Positions 57,964-64,000 of a stretch of 64,000 bases of DNA are shown here, piece after piece. Position 1 is the first letter of the stretch, and each line of letters begins with the position of its first letter. The DNA comes from an uncultured Verrucomicrobiae bacterium (lineage in GTDB: Bacteria; Verrucomicrobiota; Verrucomicrobiia; Chthoniobacterales; JAFAMB01): contig CAWIPH010000001.1 in NCBI GenBank assembly GCA_963837955.1, forward strand, positions 224,001 to 288,000. The letters run 5' to 3'. The position numbers were made by a program, and so were the translations under genes. The notes under the pieces are model-generated. The model did not search any database and had not been told where the DNA came from. It saw only the letters and a program-made list of their open reading frames with translations.

Positions 57964-59895
57964 TCACTTCGACAAAAAATCCTCGACGAATTTGACCGTC
58001 GCGTAAAACTCAAAGTCGACGTTCGGTTTTTTGGCAAAGCCGTGGCCTTCATTTTTGGCCACCAAGTACCAAACCGGTTGTCCGCGAGCTCTGAGCGCAT
58101 CGACCATCTGCTGTCCTTCGGTGACCGGGACCCGAGGATCATTCTGTCCGGCGACGACAAAGAGCGGTTTGGTAATTTTGTCGATGTTGTTCAAAGGCGA
58201 AATCTTCAAGAGAAACTCCCGCATGGTCGGGTCGCGTTCGTCGCCGTATTCAACTCGACGCAGATCGCGCCGGTAAGCCTCAGTGTGTTCCAGAAAAGTA
58301 ACGAAATTGGAGATACCAACCACATCCAAAGAGCAGCGGATCCGATCAGCATAGTGGAACGAACAGGCCAGAGTCATATAGCCACCGTAACTGCCTCCGG
58401 TGATCATGATACGGTCAGAATCAAGATCCGGACGGGTCTTAATCCAATCCAGCAGCGCGCCAATGTCTTTCACCGAGTCTTCTCGCTTCGTCCCGTTATC
58501 GAGGTCGAGAAAGGTTTTGCCGTATCCATCCGACCCTCGGACGTTCGGAAAGATCATGGCGACGCCCACTTCATTTAGGAAATAGTTGTATCGACCCAAA
58601 TAAACCGGTCGGAACTGGGCTTCCGGTCCACCATGGATATCCACGATCACCGGCAACTTCTGCGACGATTTGGATGGGTTACGATAGAGGAAGCCGGAAA
58701 TCGTGCGCCCGTCGAAAGTGGGCCATTTCACTAGTTCCGGTTTAACAAAGGAATCCGCCGGAATACCGCCGGTTTCGCTTTCGGTCCAGCGCTCGATTGT
58801 CTTCGATCGAGCGTCGACGGTGAACACATCTGAGGGCGCATTCGCGGAAGAAATGGTGAATGCGAGGGTATGATTATCGTGATGCCAATCAAGCGTCGAA
58901 ATTACCCCGTCGGGAAGACCAGCGACCTGGGAGTATTGGTTAGATGCAGTATCCATCAAATAGAGACGACTGATTCCATCCTCGTTAGTTACGAAAGCCA
59001 ACTCAGAACCGTCCTCCGACAACCTAACGAGCTCGACACCCCAATTGATCTTTCCGGTGAGTGGTTCGAAAGCATTCGTTTTCAGATCGAGCCGCCCCAG
59101 TCTCTGAAACTCCGAACCCTGGTTGCTGGTAAGGTATAAATATTTGCCATCTTTGCTGAACGTAGCGGTCCCATAAGCGACCTTTTCGCCGGGCCCAGCC
59201 GGATTGATTTGAGTCATCTTCCCGGAACTAACGTCGACCAAAAAGAGATTCGTTTCGTTGATCGAGATTTCCTGCATCACCAGCAGGGTCTTATCGTCGG
59301 GCGCCCAGTCGAGTGGGTGCCAGCCCGCAGTATTAACCTGCGCTACCAGGTGGTCGGTCGCTTTGTTGGCGTCCACTATTACGTAGATATCGCTATCCTT
59401 GCCATTTCGCCGAGTAGAGGTGTAGGCAAGTTGATTTCCGCGGTGAGACCAAGCGTCTAGGCTGTTTTGCGATTTTCCGTCGGTCAATAGCGTGATATCG
59501 CCGTTCTTAAGGTCGAATCGATAATTCTGGTAAAACTCGTTTCCGCCAACGTCTTTGCTCAGCACAAAATAACCGGCGTCCTCTTCCGGAAAACTGGCTC
59601 CAGAAACCCTGTCCGGAAAGAAGGTCAATTGTTTTCTATCGCCGCCTGGCGTTTTAACCAAGTGCACCTGCGGCGTTTCCGCAAACCTGGTGAGGATGAG
59701 CATTTCCCGAGTTGACGGGTTCCAACTGCTGAACTTGGCCTGTCGCGATTCCGTGTATTTTCTCGTTTTCTCCGCGATACTCACCGGGATCGGTGGAATC
59801 CCGTTCACGACTAAATTGTCGTTGGGTCGAATGCTGGGTTCTTCACCAAAAGCTGAGCCGGCCACAGCGGCCATCGCCAAAATGTATTTCAACAT
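57964..59895 (-). CDS. Exported S9-family (prolyl oligopeptidase/acylaminoacyl) peptidase
   Basis: Signal peptide, beta-propeller, HGGPE, GGSYGG (Ser), NDPRV (Asp), EGHGF (His). Confidence 0.95.
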   Translation of the reverse strand: MLKYILAMAAVAGSAFGEEPSIRPNDNLVVNGIPPIPVSIAEKTRKYTESRQAKFSSWNPSTREMLILTRFAETPQVHLVKTPGGDRKQLTFFPDRVSGASFPEEDAGYFVLSKDVGGNEFYQNYRFDLKNGDITLLTDGKSQNSLDAWSHRGNQLAYTSTRRNGKDSDIYVIVDANKATDHLVAQVNTAGWHPLDWAPDDKTLLVMQEISINETNLFLVDVSSGKMTQINPAGPGEKVAYGTATFSKDGKYLYLTSNQGSEFQRLGRLDLKTNAFEPLTGKINWGVELVRLSEDGSELAFVTNEDGISRLYLMDTASNQYSQVAGLPDGVISTLDWHHDNHTLAFTISSANAPSDVFTVDARSKTIERWTESETGGIPADSFVKPELVKWPTFDGRTISGFLYRNPSKSSQKLPVIVDIHGGPEAQFRPVYLGRYNYFLNEVGVAMIFPNVRGSDGYGKTFLDLDNGTKREDSVKDIGALLDWIKTRPDLDSDRIMITGGSYGGYMTLACSFHYADRIRCSLDVVGISNFVTFLEHTEAYRRDLRRVEYGDERDPTMREFLLKISPLNNIDKITKPLFVVAGQNDPRVPVTEGQQMVDALRARGQPVWYLVAKNEGHGFAKKPNVDFEFYATVKFVEDFLSK

Positions 59896-60099
59896 ACTTC
59901 TAAAGGGTAGAATCTAGGATGTAGAAGGTTACGCGTTTCAATCGTTTCCGGACCTCTTCTTTGCCTCCTTTATTACCTTCTGTCTAAAGAATCTCCCACA
60001 ACCGCGCCAAGACGCGGGAGCGGCTCCGGCAGAGCGTTCGTCCTATCCGCCTCCGCTGCGCTATGCCGCGACACGCCGATCAGGGGTGTTGTCCCAGCG

Positions 60100-60215
60100 T
60101 TGGTAGGGCGAAAATTTATTTGAGCCGGAAGGGCGGGGAGGGATCGCAGCCTCGTGCGCCGCGGATCGCGAGGACGCGATCCCTCCCCGGGGTTTTAACC
60201 AGGTTTTAACCCCGG
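60100..60215. repeat. Composite: family B end + complete family A hairpin (60135-60188) + ccggggttttaacc hairpin
   Basis: ttggtagggcgaaaa..tttgagccg; ggggagggatcgc..gcgatccctcccc. Confidence 0.85.
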
Positions 60216-60245
60216 CAAAGATCAGGAGATCGGATTCGTCGTAAG

Positions 60246-60824
60246 TCAGAAAGGCTCCGAAATTTTAGTTGTAACCGGCGGTGCCCCACCCTTGTAGTCC
60301 AGCTGTAAGATCAAATTGAAAACGGTTGGATCCCACGGATCGGGAACAGCATCGCGCGAGGCGCCAAGCGCGAATGCCAGGTCCGGGATATGGCCATGAT
60401 GCCAACAGATCAAAACAAATTTCTGATCGTATTTTTTGTCTGACAGTAACTCCTGAGCCAACGCAGCAAAGTCTTCGTCGGCAAAGGTGTCATCGATTGG
60501 AACGCCGATCTTTTTGGAAAGCGGTTTGACTGTTTCGACCGGGCGGTTACTCCGCTTTGACCGGGCCGACGCAAAGACAAAATCAGGGGCGCCGAACGTC
60601 TGCGGCACATAGTCCACCAACTTTTCCGCTCGAGCTCTGCCGGCAGCAGTAAGATCGGGGTCTTTTATATCGTCGGGTTTTTCTGCGTGACGAATGATCA
60701 GGATAAGTCGCGGACCGGTCCGGATCACGGAATCGTCGTTAGGTGCCGCGACGAGTGAGGGCGTAAGCCAACTCGTCAGGGGAACGAGCAAAAAGATCAA
60801 GGCGGATCGCAAAGCGGTGATCAT
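60246..60824 (-). CDS. Exported histidine phosphatase (PGM)-family protein
   Basis: Signal peptide, IIRHAEKP, G..RA, RPVETV.P, LICWHHG.IP. Confidence 0.82.
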   Translation of the reverse strand: MITALRSALIFLLVPLTSWLTPSLVAAPNDDSVIRTGPRLILIIRHAEKPDDIKDPDLTAAGRARAEKLVDYVPQTFGAPDFVFASARSKRSNRPVETVKPLSKKIGVPIDDTFADEDFAALAQELLSDKKYDQKFVLICWHHGHIPDLAFALGASRDAVPDPWDPTVFNLILQLDYKGGAPPVTTKISEPF

Positions 60825-60989
60825 TCAATACGTTATCATAGCCGCAAGGAACGCAGAAGCGGGCACTCCGGAAAGCATACGGAATGCAGGGAAACTCCTG
60901 ATAAGGGAACCTCTCCTAGTGCAAAATGCGTGTTCACGCTCTATGGTTCTGGATCTCCGAAAACAGCCCCCCTTAGAAGGACCCCCCAT

Positions 60990-61154
60990 ATGCCTCTCTA
61001 CGAATATCTCTGCAAGAAGTGTGACAAGCATTTCACCGTGACGATGACCGTTAGCGAACACGACAAAAAACGCATTCTTTGCCCGGACTGCAAAAACGCC
61101 AAAGTGGTTCCGCAGTTCCAATCGTTTTTCGCAAAGACTTCCAGGAAAAGCTGA
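60990..61154 (+). CDS. FmdB-family zinc-ribbon protein
   Basis: MPLYEYLCKKC..F..CPDC; AAGGA upstream. Confidence 0.9.
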   Translation: MPLYEYLCKKCDKHFTVTMTVSEHDKKRILCPDCKNAKVVPQFQSFFAKTSRKS

Positions 61155-61218
61155 AGCCTCGTTAGCTCATATCGGGATCCCGCGGACGTGCGTGCTTAGA
61201 AGCGTGCGCAGAAAGCGA

Positions 61219-61443
61219 GTCCCGGAGGGACCCGGTGAAAGCAGCCCAGTACGAAGTGCTGGGTGACGTTAAAAAAACGACCCGTCCCGGACGGGACGAT
61301 CGACGGGGCTTATGCTGGTGAAGCCGCATACGATAGAACCGGGAGCCGAGACATTTCGATCGTCCCTAACGGGACGGGCACCTCTGTTTTGCATAATTCC
61401 CAGCACTTCGTACTGGGCTATTTTCATCGGGTCCCTCCGGGAC
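61219..61443. mobile_element. MITE/REP palindrome of the GTCCC-N-GGGAC type
   Basis: 45 bp imperfect terminal inverted repeats gtcccggagggacccggtgaaagcagcccagtacgaagtgctggg / cccagcacttcgtactgggctattttcatcgggtccctccgggac, inner cgtccc..gggacg pair. Confidence 0.8.
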
Positions 61444-61520
61444 GACCCCTCTCGGCGCATATGCTTCCTCTTATATTGACGCACATCCGCGGACGCGGGA
61501 CCGCCACCGTTTCTTTTCCC

Positions 61521-62267
61521 TCATTTTCGCAGTGCTTCCTCAACGGCACGCGGGAAAATCTCGGCGAGGTCGCCGTCGAGTCGCAGTGAAACGGACGAAT
61601 CGTGATCATGGTCGGTTGGACCCCGATTGATAATGACATAGGGGACGCCGCGCTGGGCCGCCAATAACGGAAACGAAGCAGCGGGATAGACCGAAAGAGT
61701 CGAGCCTAGCGCTACCACCAGATCAGTTGCCCGCGTCGCATCAGCCGCGCGCTCCAGCACCTCCGGAACGAGATTCTGCCCGAAACTAATGGTTGCCGGC
61801 TTAAGGAATCCGCCACAACGACAAAGCGGCGGTTGGCGATGAATTCGAAAATATTCGTAATGTGGCTCCGGGTCACCTCGCCATTGGCAGGTTTGGCATT
61901 CCACTAAGGCGTTGGTCCCATGGAGTTCTATCAGGTGATCCGGACCCGATCCAGCCAGCGAATGTAAGCCGTCGATGTTCTGGGTAATCAGGGCCGGAAC
62001 CTTTCCGGCCTGTTCCAGCTTCACCACCGAATCGTGCACGATGTTGGGCCGAGCAGTCCGAAAAGCCGCCCAAGCTTCCAATTTGTAGTCCCAATGCTCA
62101 ATCCGGGCAGCCTCGGAGCTCATGAAATCGTGATAGTAAACCGGTGTGCGTTTCGTCCATACACCGCCCGGTCCACGAAAGTCGGGAATACCGCTGGGTG
62201 TCGAAATTCCTGCTCCCGTGAATATCAACATCCGTTGCGCCTGCCGAAGATATTGGGTGAGCGTCAT
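61521..62267 (-). CDS. cobB: Sir2-family NAD-dependent deacylase
   Basis: TGAGISTPSGIPDFRG, TQNIDGLH, ELHG, CxxC..CxC, GSTLSVYPAA. Confidence 0.93.
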   Translation of the reverse strand: MTLTQYLRQAQRMLIFTGAGISTPSGIPDFRGPGGVWTKRTPVYYHDFMSSEAARIEHWDYKLEAWAAFRTARPNIVHDSVVKLEQAGKVPALITQNIDGLHSLAGSGPDHLIELHGTNALVECQTCQWRGDPEPHYEYFRIHRQPPLCRCGGFLKPATISFGQNLVPEVLERAADATRATDLVVALGSTLSVYPAASFPLLAAQRGVPYVIINRGPTDHDHDSSVSLRLDGDLAEIFPRAVEEALRK

Positions 62268-62424
62268 AGGGGGTGGGAGATTCGGGAATCGCTAATGGCG
62301 AGAGCGACGATCAATAGCAAATAAACAAAGGACAAGCCGCCAAGGGGCCGGCAGCAATAGATCGAGCTTTCTGTGTCTGTTTCCTGTTTGCCTCTATCTC
62401 CCTTCCTGCTTCATTCTTTCTCTT

Positions 62425-62625
62425 ATGCGCCGAGTGATAAAATCTGATCAAGGTCCCCTGGAGATCAAACCGGAGGAGAAATCCGTTTGGATCTGTATGT
62501 GCGGGCTGTCAGCGAACCAACCGTTTTGCGACGGTTCCCATAAACGTACCAGAGATGAAGAGGAAGGGAAAACGTATCAGTACGATGCCGAAGGGCATCG
62601 GACAGAGATAACCGATCCCAAATGA
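62425..62625 (+). CDS. CDGSH iron-sulfur protein
   Basis: WICMCGLSANQPFCDGSHK. Confidence 0.95.
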   Translation: MRRVIKSDQGPLEIKPEEKSVWICMCGLSANQPFCDGSHKRTRDEEEGKTYQYDAEGHRTEITDPK

Positions 62626-62722
62626 CACATGAGAAATCGCGACTCAGGCTCCAACTGCAACTCAGCTGCTTGAGCGGGTTCATCGAGTTCGGCGCGCGTT
62701 AGAGCGCGCGCTTTGTCATCTG

Positions 62723-63355
62723 TTAATTCGTTTCTGAGTGGGCCGCTAACTGCCGTGCATAGCGGCCTTTGAGGATGAAGTAGATCGGGTAAATGACGGA
62801 TACGGCGACCTCAAAAATACTCAGCATCTTAGCCATCGTTAAGAACGGGGAGAAATCGGCGCTCGGAGGCGTACCCGCGAGCGCACCCGCGAACGCCAAG
62901 GTCAATGCGACAGCATGAACAGCGGCCACGAAAGTGATGGTGTATAACAAAAGCATCAGGCGCGTGGGCTTCGTGTAAAAGCAATAGATGACCCCAACCA
63001 ACGCCGCTACCAATTCGATAGGTCCCAGGTTGGCGATCCAAACCGGAAAATTGTGTCCCGACAGCTGCCAGAGCGCAGTAAAAAGATCTATTCCGGTAAT
63101 AAACAGGACCACCAGCAAGATGCCGCTGCGGATTCGAAAATGGGGGGCTGCGGGTGAACGGCGCAAACGCAAAAAAATCAGAACTACCGCAATCAGCTGA
63201 ACGACACTGACGATACAAAATCCGAGATCGGAGCGGCGGGGAAAGATATTCGCGCAAATCCAGAGTTCACACGCAATAGCCAAGCAAATTCGCTGCCCTA
63301 ATCCCAGCCTCCGGGCGAAGAAAGCAGTTTCAGGCTGTTTATGCTCGGTCGTCAC
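62723..63355 (-). CDS. Hypothetical polytopic membrane protein
   Basis: 210 aa, ~6 hydrophobic helices; GTG start with GGAG upstream. Confidence 0.65.
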   Translation of the reverse strand: MTTEHKQPETAFFARRLGLGQRICLAIACELWICANIFPRRSDLGFCIVSVVQLIAVVLIFLRLRRSPAAPHFRIRSGILLVVLFITGIDLFTALWQLSGHNFPVWIANLGPIELVAALVGVIYCFYTKPTRLMLLLYTITFVAAVHAVALTLAFAGALAGTPPSADFSPFLTMAKMLSIFEVAVSVIYPIYFILKGRYARQLAAHSETN

Positions 63356-63577
63356 TTGGGCCTAGCTCCATTGTTAGTAGCATCACGTTGAGGGGGGCGT
63401 GACTATCACAATCGCGCCGTCACGAACCTAGCGCGACGTGACAGACGGTATCAAGTTCAGGTTAAAGGTCAAAGGTTGGAAGTAGATGCTAAAAACGACG
63501 AGCAGCAGGCTAGAAGTTCGCCCCTATGTTTCAGCGACTGACGGCTGTTTCCTTCCTGTCTGTAACTATTAAAATTC

Positions 63578-63606
63578 TTGCTTGTTAGGAGGGCTTTTTC
63601 TAGCCT
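63578..63606 (+). promoter_or_regulatory. Putative sigma70 promoter
   Basis: TTGCTT-17bp-TAGCCT, 9 nt before ATG 63616. Confidence 0.45.
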
Positions 63607-63615
63607 TTCAACCCT

Positions 63616-64000
63616 ATGGGTCTACTAGCAACCTTAATGGGAAAAATCCTCGGAAAAGGTGCTCCGAGCACTCAGTCGACCACTACCGCTCAACCGCCAG
63701 CCGGCGGCTCAAATCCGCCAGTTGCTGTTAATGCGCCGGCCGGCGCCTCTGCTCCTCCACCCTCGGCTCCTCCACCAGTGGTGGATGTAACCGCGATTCT
63801 CGACGGCTTGGCTTCGAAGAATCCCGAAAAATTGGATTGGCGTAAGTCCATTGTTGATTTGATGAAACTGGTGGGAATGGACAGCAGTCTTTCCGCCCGC
63901 ATCGAGCTTGCGAAAGAGCTGCATTACACCGGAAATACAAACGATTCCGCCACGATGAACATCTGGCTGCACAAGACCGTGATCCAAAAGATCTCGGAAA
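63616..64000 (+). CDS. DUF3597-domain protein, 3'-truncated by window edge (absent from ORF track)
   Basis: Own translation: MGLLATLMGKILGK..Pro/Ala linker..VDVTAILD..KLDWRKSIVDLMKLVGMDSSLSARIELAKELHY..DSATMNIWLHK. Confidence 0.92.
   Translation, partial: MGLLATLMGKILGKGAPSTQSTTTAQPPAGGSNPPVAVNAPAGASAPPPSAPPPVVDVTAILDGLASKNPEKLDWRKSIVDLMKLVGMDSSLSARIELAKELHYTGNTNDSATMNIWLHKTVIQKISE

Noticed and set aside
61521..62267. Sir2-based anti-phage system
   Set aside because: Canonical Zn-binding CobB-type sirtuin with no HerA, TIR or Argonaute partner
1..64000. tRNA, rRNA, riboswitch, transposase, integrase or prophage
   Set aside because: None recognised by eye in intergenic regions or ORFs; a covariance-model scan would be needed to exclude them fully

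Overview
Gene-dense bacterial chromosomal segment. Gene content and repeat types suggest a soil Verrucomicrobiota (Spartobacteria/Chthoniobacterales-like) genome; this is inference only. Positions 1-40 kb are mostly core and envelope genes: lysS (partial), MFS, LolC/E permease, priA, lytic transglycosylase, two GT-C-like membrane proteins, nfo, a frameshifted AsmA-like gene, adk, fmt, mdtABC, a PAS histidine kinase/sigma54 regulator operon, tolQRA-like genes and a kinase-pseudokinase-Sel1 receptor. Positions 40-64 kb are a patchwork of accessory genes: aldose epimerase, a degenerate adenylation-fold protein, cupin, DUF72, MarR, AraC+GH3, a WYL regulator, pfk, an S9 peptidase, a sirtuin, CDGSH and DUF3597. 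I saw no tRNA, rRNA, CRISPR array, transposase or prophage. Most intergenic spaces hold REP/MITE-like palindromes and 7-9 bp tandem repeats. Best leads: (1) a three-copy tandem array of a ~229 bp multi-helix element (40102-40745) with dispersed relatives showing compensatory base changes; (2) a WYL activator beside an unknown single-TM protein whose promoter has a TGACA-N6-TGTCA box in PafBC-like geometry, a possible SOS-independent damage module; (3) a translationally coupled pair of unknown genes with an ExxH..E motif; (4) the kinase-pseudokinase-Sel1 receptor between Tol genes and a lipoprotein; (5) an apparently inactive OleC-like protein.
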